Shown: positions 39,909-52,092, counted from the first letter of the whole stretch. The stretch: 63,891 bases of DNA, filler included, from Asterionella formosa (GCA_002256025.1; 5 parts of 5 records of this genome joined end to end with filler, not necessarily neighbours in it); one strand, 5' to 3'. Numbers and translations: made by a program. The notes: a model not told the origin generated them from the sequence alone.

Positions 39909-40448
39909 TGTCAATGTCCTCTTGAATGTAATGAAAGTTGTCTATTGTTTATTCGAGATACTTCTTTGGTTTATTCTAGCAACTTTCTTGTTCGTGTTAA
40001 AACTCCTTTTCTTGTCGTTGTGGTGATTGAAAAGTAATTCTTGTTGTGCCCTTCTGCCAAAGTAGTGTTTCTACCACTTGTCGTAGAATTCTACGCAACT
40101 GATTGAATTACGGGGAGTGATAGAAGGGCTTACTTATATATAAACCTGTTCGAATATGTAATAATAACATTCATTTGCGTGTGTGTCGTATGATGTCGCT
40201 CGTGTTTGTAATTCTTGACTCTCTTGTCCATCATAGTTAGCACCCGAAAACTAATTTCTATACCAACTGTAGTCGTTAAGTTCTACATGAAATCATGACC
40301 ATGATGATGCCGGAACTTTTGTCCATCATGAAATATGTTTGTACATATGCCCTTCGTGATAGTAAACCGGTATCAGTACAATAGGTACATTTATTGGAAA
40401 AATACCGGTGGTACCACAAAGTCAACAGTTATTTTCAACAAATCAAAT

Positions 40449-41598
40449 TTATGACTCAATATTCTTTTTTAATTGGAAGAGACGAGGGATCTCCAGCATC
40501 AAAAGACCCTTTTTGACTTCCGCAAGGCATCCAAAAACTCGGTCTCCAAAGTTTTCATCTATTTCGTCAATCTGCATCTGTTCAGAAGCGGCAGACGGTG
40601 ATCCACATGACCAAGCGTTGTGAGACTTGTTGCCACTGGCCATAGCAGCTTAAACAGCAAGGAGATCTTTAATCAATTGAGCTGCAACATTCTCGTTGCC
40701 GGCCGTGAGGCAAATACGCCACAGAGCGTCAAGAGAGGGACCGCTGGCTGTAAGGGAAGCAGCAGGTGACTGGCGAAGTTTCTTGAACATGAGATAGAAA
40801 CTCTTGTACGCACCCTCACCCAAATCATCCCAACTTACTGCTTGTGAACAGAACAGGTCAAGGAAAGCGGATGTCCTTACCTCATCAGAAAAAGCAGAGG
40901 ATAGGCTTGAATCATTCTGACCCTGAGGGCGAGGCGCTATTGCTGCTTCAAGTTCTGTGAAGTCCCCCAAAAATGATGCGTGTGCAACAAACACCATTAC
41001 CTCCTCCCTTTCAGCAGGAATGTCACACAATTGCCACAGATGTTGAAGTTGTACAATACTTAACTTCACAGTTTCAGAGACACCATTAACATAACGAAGA
41101 ATTCGTAAACGCTAATAGAGAGCGGCAGGGTTGTCCACCTTTATATCAATGCTTCTAATGGAACTCTGCATTGAAATCAACTTCCAAAAAGTGAGACATG
41201 AACAAGGAAAATTTAAATGCAAGGAAAAGTAGGTTCAATACTCACTTTTTTCGGAATAGATGATGACTTCACATCAACCTTATGCCTTGATAAGTAAGCT
41301 GTTAATTCGTTGAAAAGAAGGGACGCCAACCTTCCTTGATTTGCGTTGACAAATGGCCATCGCCTGTTCAGGTGGGCATGCTTCCAACACAAAAACGGTC
41401 AATTGCACCATTTGCAAAGCTAAAAACTCGTCAATGGGGGTACCTCCTGCCAATTGTCCCGCATTCAATGCCAGCGATTTTGTGCACAATTCAAGGAATG
41501 TTTCACGATAAGATCGACCCAATGGGTGTACCTCCTGTCAATTGTCCCCCATTCAATGCCAGCGATTTTGTGCATGATTCAAGGAATGTTTCACGATG
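40449..41598 (-). pseudogene. Internal fragment of a large alpha-helical protein, possibly the USP34/USP24-like deubiquitinase N-terminal region
   Basis: Coding-like segments (RLRILRYV, VKLSIVQLQHLWQLC, SLDALWRICLTAGNENVA) with stops, no start or end, and an 88-bp tandem duplication at 41432-41598. Confidence 0.5.
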
Positions 41599-42400
41599 CG
41601 ATCCCTGGCTCCACCTGGCTGTCGGGTCCTTGTTCATGCCAAGCCCCAACACAGAACTACATGGGCTCTGCATGCTTTTGATGGCTGGTTTGTCAGCCCT
41701 GCTGTGGATTCCTATTGATGCTACCGCATCTGGATGTGGGACACAGCCACATTCCATCAGAATCTGCGATGCATACTGTCTCGTGGTTTCCATCCAAAGT
41801 CCACCTACCTCGTAATTCCTCCCATGACCTCATCACAACCAGTTTGCAGGACATTGCCTATGCTTTGTTACACCCCACCACTCGGTCTCCTGTTGCCCCC
41901 CTCACTGCAACCCACAAAGCTGCTCTCCAGCAGCTCCTTGAAATTCTCTCACCGCCTGGCTGGTCTCACCCCCCTACCCCTCTCTCCCCTCCTGCGTAGC
42001 CCCATTCCATCACTGAGGGTGCCCGGTGCACCAACAGCATCCCCCATCCACCTTATCCCTGATCCTGATGCCCGTTCACATTGCTGGCGATGTCCAACCA
42101 CTGAGGGTGCTTAACCCTACCCCTAACCCTAACCCTACCACCCAAAGTGTGGCTATACCTACCCCTAACCCTTACCTTGCTGACAACCCTACCCCTAACC
42201 CTATCCCTAAGTCCCCTCCAGCCAGTTGCCCCACGATCATTCCAGCACCTCCTCGCACCTACCGCAATGCTGTTATTGCTGTTATGCTGCCCAGTCCTCT
42301 GTCACCTTCCCCTCCGGTCACTTACGAACTACTCCTGCGCCCAAGAGCCGTCGTCACCATAAAAACACACCACTTGCTGCACCACATGCTGGTCTTCCCC
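41597..42400 (+). mobile_element. Diatom Copia (CoDi-like) pol fragment, post-integrase region
   Basis: LAPPGCRVLVHAKPQHRTTWALHAFDGWFVSPA..., RICDA/TVSWFPSKVHLP...LQDIAYALLHP..RSPVAPL...ALQQL, and PLRV repeats. Frameshifted. Confidence 0.8.
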
Positions 42401-43349
42401 ACACCCCATCTTTGCTTGCCAACTTTGCTCTCTCCACCCCTCCTCAAACCTGGACTACTCCCCTGGACACTCATTTTTGTTTCCATGGCACACATTTCCG
42501 CCGGCATTTTCATTCATTGCATGATTTTGTTCATCAAATGAATGAGAATCACTGAGTTCTTCCTCATTTTCAGCGATGTCAGGAGAACAAGCGAAATACG
42601 ATACTGGATGGAAATGTGACTCTGTAGGAATGGAGTATTCATCTGCGAAGAACAACTATTTGGGCTTCCTATCTCTTCCAAAGCAATCTTTCCTTCTTTT
42701 CAATCTCAGCCAGCACTATTGAATAGGCATGCTTCATGATTTTTTCTGGAGTAATATGAATGTACCAGGTATGTGATTAAGGGTGTGGTACTGGTACCTT
42801 GGTACCACCATGATACTACCGGTACAAGACATAAGGAGCAACATACGATAGCAACATACGATAGCAGTTTATGTTTGAACCTTGCTCATTAGTATACCTT
42901 ATACTTCATTGTTCTGGACCCCCCAATGTACACTGCTGTGACTGAATTTGACTGATTTTACTTAAGGGGGGGGGGGCAGGACAATGAAGAGATTTCCCTT
43001 AGAGCATCGCCACCACATCGACCAAATACCAAAGCCAATTGCAGTTGAAAATATCAATACACATCAATTGGTTGAGAAATCTTTTATCAATACCAGTAGT
43101 CGAATTACCTTAAGAGATATGCATAACATAATAGTGTATAACATTCTTACATGACCATCACTCTGGTAAGTACAACAAAGTGCACTTCTACATATTGATA
43201 TCAAAAGACAAACAACCGGTACTAACAAATTCATTCTCATACCAGTTTCCATCTATAGGATTAGTCATACTGTGTGCTACAGTTACATGCCCAGCCCTAG
43301 AAGGGCTGGATGCTCTATAGGGATGACGCATAGAGGCGTCTTCCCTTTT

Positions 43350-43387
43350 CCCTAACCCTAACCCTAACCCTAACCATAACCATAACA
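43350..43387. repeat. Interstitial telomere-type repeat (CCCTAA)4 followed by CCATAA variants
   Basis: CCCTAACCCTAACCCTAACCCTAACCATAACCATAAC. Confidence 0.8.
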
Positions 43388-45990
43388 GATGGTCCAGCAA
43401 TTGGAGTTAGCCTCTTCCAATCCAACTCAAGAAAATGCTGCTTGCTTGAAAGCATTTGATCAAGCTTGTCTTTAAGGGGATCACTTATCAATTCATTGGC
43501 TAATTTCTCAATTGACTCCATTGGAATTGGAAAATCAATACCAGCTGAAATTTTACCAATAGGTGCTGCAAATTTTAGAAGAAACATAGCACATCTGATA
43601 GCAGGTGCAACATCCTCTGTCACCCACTTCCTGGTAACATGCATAGTAAAACAGGCTTCTTAAAACATGCATAGTAAAATAGGCTTCTTAAAAATCAACA
43701 ACTGAATGCTGACAAACAAAGAATATCTGAACCTTGGTTTTTATCCAATGTTTTGGCCATTTCCAGATTGGTTCCCCTTTTTCATTGAGTGGTACAATAT
43801 AGACAATTCTGGAACACCTTGCCTCTACTCCAGCAGTAAGATTAGCAAGGGCCTTTGTAACTCGTGACTCTAGATGAGACATCTTCTCCAGAAATTCTTT
43901 TTGGTTTTGCAAGAGTTTGGACCATTTCTCATTTTCATCTTGTTTCTTCACATGAAGGTCATACATATTGCTAGACAAGATCTGGATCCGGATCATGTCT
44001 TTATTAGAAAAGAACTTGTCAACAACCATTGATTGGGCACTGAATGGTCATATCACCATGATGCATATAGACATGATCCTCAAAGCATTGTCTGCATGTG
44101 AAATGATCTTTGCACATGGAAACAGAAGTTTAACCTTTCCCACACACAAGACAAACAAGTACAGTTCTTTCATTCATATTCATTGTTCCAGTATTTCCAC
44201 TGTATGCTTGTTTGGGATGTGTTAGACTAACTAGCTCACAATAATTATAAAGGTACAATCTGATCAACTTCACTTGTTCACAATAGTTATTTTTGATAAT
44301 TGTTGCATTGCCTATATCAGCTTTGCATTGAAATTCCCACAAAGTAGAATCTTGGCTCACAAGACACATTGTTAAGAACTATCATTCAGGTTATGATTGT
44401 CAAAGGCAATTATCATTTGTGGCAATTCACATCCCCCATTATGATCTGTTGGCCTTACAAGTTGACCCAACTTTTCAACCAATTTATTAGTTGTTGGCCT
44501 GTTCTTGCGATTGTTCTGAATGCAATGAATGGCTAATGAGCACACAGAGGCCAGAATTCCATCTTCCCATTCCTCTGAAAGAGCCCCTCTGAAAGAGGAT
44601 CAACATCCTTTTCCAATTTTGGAATTGCCAAATCCAATGCCTCTGCTGGGTTTCCTTCAAAATCACTTGGTAAGTAGCGTTCAGAGAAATCTCCCAACTT
44701 GGGTATTTTGGAGGTAACCTGTCACAAGCTCAATCATGACAATTCCAAATGAGTAGACATCACATGATGCTTCAAATTTTTTATTTCCTGTCGAATACCA
44801 TGGACATCTGTAGCCGGGTGTCCCAAAGACTCCATCAGTTGATGTGATCTGAACTGAAAAGAAATTTTTATTGGTTTCAATGGTTTCATCCACAAGAACA
44901 AATTTGGCTAGACCACAATCAATCAGCTTGGCAGTATAGTTCTGATCAAGGCAGATAATAGCTGACTTGATATCACGATGAAACAAACCAAGGTTGTCCT
45001 TTGTACCAGTATGAAGGTAGTGGATAGCACAAATAATGTCCGAGATGATTCGAAGTCGTCTCTTACTTGAAAGACTTGATCTTTTTTGTTCACTCATATA
45101 GAATGTCTCAAGCGAACCCTCGGATGCATACTCAAACACAAGGTATTGAATAGGCGAATCAGGGGACAAATGATAGCCATACAAAGTTACAATATTGGGG
45201 TGTCGAAACCTCTTCAATGCCTGAAACAGTATCATGACAGTAGAATGAGAAACATAAAGACTTGAAATGAAATGCAATATTTGATACCACAAATGAGCTC
45301 ACCTGCAATTCTCTTCTAAAAAACCCGAAAACTTCCTCCACCTTCTTTTTCTCAACAGCAATATTGAAAAGAATACATTTAACAGCAAAAACCTGATTCT
45401 CATCCTTGCCTTTGTAGACAACACCAAAAGCTCCTTCACCAAGTTTTCTGTCTTCAGCAAAATTTTTTGTACAATTATTAATGAATTCCACAGGAAGCTT
45501 GATTGGTCTTGAATCCACATTGTCCATAGCTTCCTTCATTTTCGACCGACCTTCAGAAATGAGATAAGTTGTGTTGGCTGCTGTTGGCTTGCGGTTCTTG
45601 TTTTCATCAACCAGCATTTCCATTTCATGTAGTAAAACTTTACCAATTGAATTACTTCCGAGATCAAGTTTAGTCAAGACAGTATTGACCTTGAGAGCCT
45701 CTGCAATGGCCTTGGCTCCGTCATCACCAATTGAATTATATCCGAGATCAAGTTTAGTCAAGACAGTATTGACCTTAAGAGCCTCTGCAATTGCCTTGGC
45801 TCCGTCATCACCAATTGAATTCTTTCTGAGATCAAGTTCAGTCAAGACAGTATTGACCTTGAGAGCCTCTGCAATGGCCTTGGCTCCGTCATCACCAATT
45901 GAATTCTGATAGAGATTAAGTGTAGTCAAACTTGGATCATTCGCTTTCAACCGTTTGACATATTTTTCGAATGTTGTTTTCCAACCTAAT
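43388..45990 (-). pseudogene. LRR gene B: LRR array, IRAK/Pelle-RLK-like Ser/Thr kinase, RING-like Cys cluster and ROCO C-terminal(COR)-like region; frameshifted
   Basis: 4 LRR windows at 45640-45950. Kinase motifs LGEGAFGVVYKG, FAVK, HPNIVTLYGY, HRDIKS, DCGLAK, GTPGY, DVYSFGIVMIELVTG and CIQNNRKNRPT, with an intron at about 45222-45302. Then CLVC...CKDHFTCRQC...CPINGC, and CSRIVYIVP...IFFVCQHS...KWV..DVAPAI. Confidence 0.8.
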
Positions 45991-46834
45991 GCTCTTAGTA
46001 TTTATCTAATTTTATGGAAAACCGACTGGCTGTTGCTTTCCATCTTTTTGCGTTCCATAAAGATAAAGTCCTGGTTCTTCAAAGGATACTGGATGATGCA
46101 CTACCGGTAGCTATTGACACTGACACTGACACTGTAGCATGAGACGACTCTTTGCAGTGACGGATGAGCGATTCCGGCTATTGAGACGGGAAAGTGAACA
46201 TCACATCCGTCTTGGCTCGACCCACCAGCAGAAACGAAAAGGAGGCATCATTCATGATACAAATCCTGCTGATGCTGCAATAAGGAGAAAAGAAGGAGCA
46301 AAAGTACGCCGGAGTCGTCATGGTCATGATGAACAAAAGGATACTACTCGACGAGACCTGACATTGCAACATGCCTGAAGGGAGAAAGCTGTTCAGCTAC
46401 TACAGCAACAACAACTATTAATATCAATGAGACTCGCCAAAAGTCGTTGCACAGGAAAATGGAGAAAATACGATACAAGCATCAACAAAGGAGTCAATCA
46501 CGACCTCCTAGTGAAGTAGTCATTAGGGAGGACTGCGCACCACCACCACCACATCATCACCTTTTTCTGTCAACACCTGAGAAAGTGCGGATCAGGTTTG
46601 ATCATGAGTATCCAGCACCAAGACATAGCTAAGGTCACATGTACAACTACCAGGGATCAGAAACGTATTTTGGAGGCACCAAAGCAGCACCAAGCAATCT
46701 TTTCTCATGACGACAATTTGGAAGAGCATTGGTTGGAAAAAGAAAAAGAGAATAGAACGAGGAGAAAATCACCAGTATGCAATTATATCTTAATCATTTT
46801 TTATCATGACTTCATCAAGAAAACTGATAACATA

Positions 46835-48587
46835 TCACTTATTGTTCTTCCTCCGACATGTTGAGCGTTTTGGCTGTTTTTCCATCTTCATGCTGTCAAG
46901 TTCTTCCTGCAGCTTTGCTATCACATCACTTAAAGCTGTAATTTGTTCTAAAGCTTTCCTTTCTCTTTCCATTACCTCCTTAATGTCCTGAGTATTCCGA
47001 CAAACTTCATCCTTGTAAGCTTCATGATAATTTGCATACATTAGACCGCCATCACTTTGTGGTGTGGGCTTCATCTTGGCCACATTTTGGTCAAGTGCAT
47101 CTAATTTACGCTCAACTTTGGCTCCATAAACTTTCAATCTCTCCACTTCTGCAGCAAGAGAATCCACATCAACTTCACTGGATCCTTGGATGATCAAGGC
47201 GTCTTTATCACTGACCACTTTGGTTTTTTCAGTTACGCAGTATTTGATGTCTTGATTCAAAACAGAACTATTATTTCCATTCATGGTAGTGACTGTATTC
47301 GGAAGTTGAATCTTTGGTAGTTTCTTAACTTCATCAATAGTCATGTTCAAGGTATTTGCAGCAAGACATTCATGCAGGTTTATCTCGAAATTGAAACTAT
47401 CAAAAAGATTGTAGAGAGGAGTATCTACTCCTGGCTTCATTATGTGAGCAAGAGCACAGTCATCAACTGCACATCCTTTTTCCCTTGCCGGTGTGTTTGC
47501 TCTCTCAGCCAGCAACAGCAGCATGCGTGTCTTGAATTTTCCAAACTTGTCATCAATGGTGCCAAATGTTTGGTCAGCATGCAATGCCCGTACCATTATT
47601 CTAGCAAAGCACTCCACATCATACTTGTATGATACATAATTGTGTCTCTTCAGGGAAGCTAGAGTGGCAATATCTGCAACATTAGCAACACCCAGCCACT
47701 GATCTCGACTCTCTTTGAGTTGAACAATCATCTGAAAGAAAGAAAAAATTGTATGCGCACCAGGTAATTTTATTTCATTCTTAACAACCCCGATGGCATT
47801 AGCAACAAGTGCACCAATTTTGGTATTCTTGATCTGCTCAACTTTTTTATTTTCAAGAAGTTGGATGATAAAAGAACGTACAGGACCATTGCTACCAGCT
47901 GCCAGCATGTTTGAGGAAAGACCCTCACAAGCTCCAATCATACAGTTTAGTTTACCAAAAAGTTCTAGATAGAACTCACTGTATTTCTTACAAGAAAGGA
48001 TTGCCTTTCGTTCCTCCTGATCGTCAGAATCCTGGCTTGTTTTTTCATGTAAAATATTCAATATTTCCTGATTCTTGGTTGTGAGTTGATGGTTTGCGGT
48101 CCTTGTTTCCATCAACCAGTTTTTGAATATCATTTAGTAAGTTATTACCAATTGAATTATAATCGACATCAAGTTTAGTCAAGACAGTATTGACCTTGAG
48201 AGCCTCTGCAATGGCCTTGGCTCCGTCAACACCAATTAAATTACCTGCGAGATAAAGTGTAGTCAATACAGTATTGACCTTGAGAGCCTCTGCAATGGCC
48301 TTGGCGCCATTAGCACCAATTGAATTACCTCTGAGATCAAGTGTAGTCAAGAAAGTATTGACCTTGAGAGCCTCTGCAATGGCCTTGGCTCCGTCATCAC
48401 CAATTGAATTCCATCCAAGAGAAAGTGTAGTCAAGACAGTATTGACCTTGAGAGCCTCTGCAATGGCCTTGGCTCCGCCATCACCAATTGAATATTTAAA
48501 GAGATAAAGTTCAGTCAAACTTGGATCATTCGCTTTCAACCGTTTGACATATTTTTCCCATGTATCATCCATTGTCAATGTCGTCAT
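46835..48587 (-). CDS. LRR gene C: 5-window LRR array joined by an apparent frameshift to an about 410-aa uncharacterised helical/coiled-coil domain
   Basis: ORF from MTTLTMDDTWEKYVKRLKANDP to a stop at 48045 overlaps the 432-aa ORF 46835-48133 in another frame. Confidence 0.78.
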
Positions 48588-49584
48588 CTTGAATGTAATG
48601 GAAGTTTTTTGTCTATTGTGATTGACGAGCGACTTTTTTCTTGTTCGAGTGAAAAGTGTTTTTTGTGATAAAACTCCTTTTCTCGTGCTGCCAACATAGT
48701 GTCTCACCCTTTTATCGTAGAATTCTACGTAAAAGATGCAACTCATTATTGCTCTTTCATGATAGATGGAAGATGCCGAAAATTTTGTCAACCCTCACAA
48801 AATCGATACCAATATGCAGTACATATAGCCACATATGATGCATGATGATGATGGTATATGTATACGATTGGACTAGGGGGAGTGATAGAAGGGCTTATAT
48901 AAACCTGTTGGCATACCGGTTTGTAAAAATATCATTCATTTGCTTGTGTGTCGTATCATGTCGCTCCTGTTTGTAATTCTTGATTTCTTGTCCATCATAG
49001 TTAGTACCCAATATAATTTCTTTACAACCTGATGTCGTTGAGTTCTACATGAAAGCTCTAAATTTCTTCATTTTCAGTCATCACCATGATGCCGGAACTT
49101 TTGCCCATCATAATATATGTTTGTACATTTGCCCTTCGTGATATGTGCAGTATATGAGCAATAAAATATGGTGTTGAAAGGGGCTTTGTGTAAATGATAG
49201 AAAACAGTCACACATATCACCTACCGATATTTATCAATATTGCATGTCTTCATATAAATTCATGTTGAATACAGAATGGATCTTGTATGAAAACGTTCCA
49301 TGACTGATGAGGAAATTTTGAGAAATTATGAGCTATTAAAACATAAAACACTTTTTATACAGTGTACTGGTACACCGGTATGAAATTATTGGAAAAAACC
49401 GGTGGTACCACTCCACATGGTATGCAATAATCGTTATGATACCAGTATTTAACATAGATTAATGACCCCGAGGATCATTTTAGCTCACCCGGTATTCTGC
49501 TGTAAGAGGACCGCAATTCATTCCACACGATGATGATTCCATTTCGCATGCATGTCGACCCTGCTCCCGCTACATCTAAGCCGT

Positions 49585-49930
49585 GTATTACGTGAAGTGA
49601 CCATCACGTAAATAAGGCTAGTTGATTTTGAATTGATCACATGAATTAGTTGAATACATCAAAATGCTTACTTGAATATATATATATATATAAATATATA
49701 TATATTATCTGAATACATCACGTTAATTATTTGATCAGAGTATCATGCATGCATTCCTGATCATCACTATATTACGTGATCATCTTCACATAATTTTTTG
49801 AAATACTTCACGTAATTATTTGAAATACTTCACCTAATTATTTGAAATACTTCACTTAATTCTGTAATTTAGTTCACATGCCTTATATTTTTGTTCACGT
49901 AATTCTATAATATAGTTCACGTAATGTATT
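49585..49930. repeat. Array of TTCACGTAATT-type motifs including a 22-bp tandem repeat
   Basis: TTTGAAATACTTCAC(G/C/T)TAATT occurs three times at about 49797-49862, with further direct and inverted CACGT copies. Confidence 0.75.
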
Positions 49931-50046
49931 AAATTTGTTTACCTCATTTAAAAGTACAATCAAATATGTTGATTTCTAATTCAACTGCCGGTATTTCACA
50001 TTACATGGGAAACAAATCTTGATATGCAATCAAACAAAGCAGTTCG

Positions 50047-50189
50047 TTCAGAATGGCATCTAAAGGCAGGTATCATGAGATGTTTGTAAGAAGGACAATG
50101 CAAGACAAACAGAAACCGTTCAGAGATCTTGACTGGTCATTCCAGGGCAGTACTGGAGCGCACTAGAGTAGGCACCATATATTTTAACA
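50047..50189 (+). mobile_element. Probable solo LTR related to the LTR at 58300-58495
   Basis: Shares AGATCTTGACTGGTCATTCCAGGGCAGTAYTGGAG (34/35 identical), TCAGAATGG near the start and an ...AACA end. Confidence 0.6.
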
Positions 50190-50532
50190 CATTGGTACAT
50201 ACCGGTACATCACAATCAGACACAAATGCATTCAGCGGTCAACACTTACCGGAATTTGTTGTATGGGAGCTGATACACACTTTCTTTTGCATTGTTGTAT
50301 GGGAGCTGGTGGTATGTGTGTCAACCCTGTTGTGCCCGATTATGCATGCTCAAGCTACTTAAGCAATATCAGGGGATAGGGATGGGTTTATGACAAGAAT
50401 CATCCACAAAATAAATTGCATGCGATATTTTAGTATACAGTTGCGGATATTACGTCATTTGATGGTAGCTCTCAAGAGCCCAAACATTATTAAGTGTGTG
50501 AGTATAGTGAACATGCAGTGAGCGAAGCATGT

Positions 50533-51495
50533 TCAAACTGCACAAGTGAAATGTATAATAGTTTCATGTGTTCTCTTTGTCACCTTGATGGTTGCAAAGA
50601 TTTTGCAAATAAACCACAAGGAAGTCAAGGCACCAACAGTACCCATCACCAAAAACATGGCGAAGCAGAATAAGAACATGTATCCAAAGTAGAGAAGGTA
50701 AGTCATAACCATCTTTGATGCCTCGAGAGTGCGGAACCAGATGATGCTGTAGACGAATGTGTAAAGGGCAGTACTTCCTGAGGTAAAGAAGGAGTACCAC
50801 CACCAATGGTGGTTCTTGGCGCACAACTGGTAGTACACAAGCAAGACTGTGATTTCAGCACAAGTAATGCAAAGAATGAGGAAGACAATCAAAGTAAATC
50901 CAGTAGAACTGGTCCATCCACAAAGAGGTCATGATGAAGAAGAATTCGACATAAGCAGCAGCAAATGGAACTATTCCAGTGAGGGTCATTCCAACCATTG
51001 GGTTAAGCAGAGCCGATAGGCAAATACACACCAAGGTTGCCAAGAAGATCTGAACCCCAGTTCCGATAAAGGCGCAGAAAAACATCGGGTTATTCTGTGG
51101 AGGTCTGAATACGTCGGCGTGAACCAATTTCCAACCAGTCTTATCCACATCTTCGTCCTTTTCTTCGTCCGCCAACGCAGCAATAGCGTTGTAACCAGCA
51201 ATATCCCGCTTCAAGTTACGGACAAGTATAGATACCACAAGAAGAGATAAGAACAAGACCACCAATATGGAGTTGGTGATGGAATACCAACGCACTTGTC
51301 TCGGTCAAGCAAAAGGGAAGTCGATAGTAGTCCTTGGGGATTTGGGTGGTGAATGGAAGTCATGGAATTGACCTTCATGGGAACTTCATCTCCACTTCGG
51401 AAGGTCAGAGACCTGGACGCCAAGAATGTAGAATGCGCGAACGCCTACACTCTGCTTCCGAGAAGGAGTGAGAGGATGGTAGAGATCTTCTTCAT
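50533..51495 (-). pseudogene. TM9SF/nonaspanin (EMP70) pseudogene with large internal deletions
   Basis: Motifs VPMKVNSMTS, RWYSITNS, GWKLVHADVFRPP, GIVPFAAAYVE, HWWWYSF and LYFGYM occur in order but in different frames. The luminal domain and middle TM helices are missing. Confidence 0.88.
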
Positions 51496-52092
51496 GATGA
51501 TTCTGTTCAGTGCGACAGTCAATGCAGTGTGTGTACCTTGTTTTACAACTTCAGGTCAATGACGGTAAACAGATCATGTTTCGCTGCTTTGCAAAAAGTG
51601 CGTTCCTCCTTTCCTTGTATGTACGAGGTTTTTCCAGTAGGAGTTTTAGACTAAATATCAATATCAACTTTTCACCACATCCGTAGATTCTACAGTGTCA
51701 AGATTTAGTACTGCGTGCATATTAGTTCAGTCGAACTAATCAATCTTGAATAATATTCCAGCCAAAATCCCGTATTGAAATGCTGTGAGAATTTGAACAG
51801 CATTGATTGCCAAGAACTATATCAGCAAACCAAGGTAAATATTCGAATGGAGAATGTTCTAAGTAATCAATATTTCAATGAAGGAAAGGTATATATGCAA
51901 TGCAGATAGCATTGAATATTCACGATTGTTCTACTACTAAGTGAGTGGAGTTGACGAGTTGTCAGTTGAGAATTGAATGTCTAACAACACAATGAATATC
52001 TATAGAAAAATTTGGGAAGAGAACCTTAATAATTGGTCATGTGAAAGATTACAAGATAGATCAAATAAGCTCACAATAAGGTGGGATTAGAA

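Noticed and set aside
42112..42210. True telomere
   Set aside because: Degenerate CCCTAA/CCCTAC units lie internally within a Pro-rich Copia linker; at most an interstitial telomere-like tract.
39192..48587. LRR repeats as a CRISPR array or diversity-generating retroelement
   Set aside because: The repeats are in-frame coding units with short variable windows, not 30-40-nt spacers. There is no cas gene or DGR reverse transcriptase, no template repeat and no evident adenine-specific pattern.
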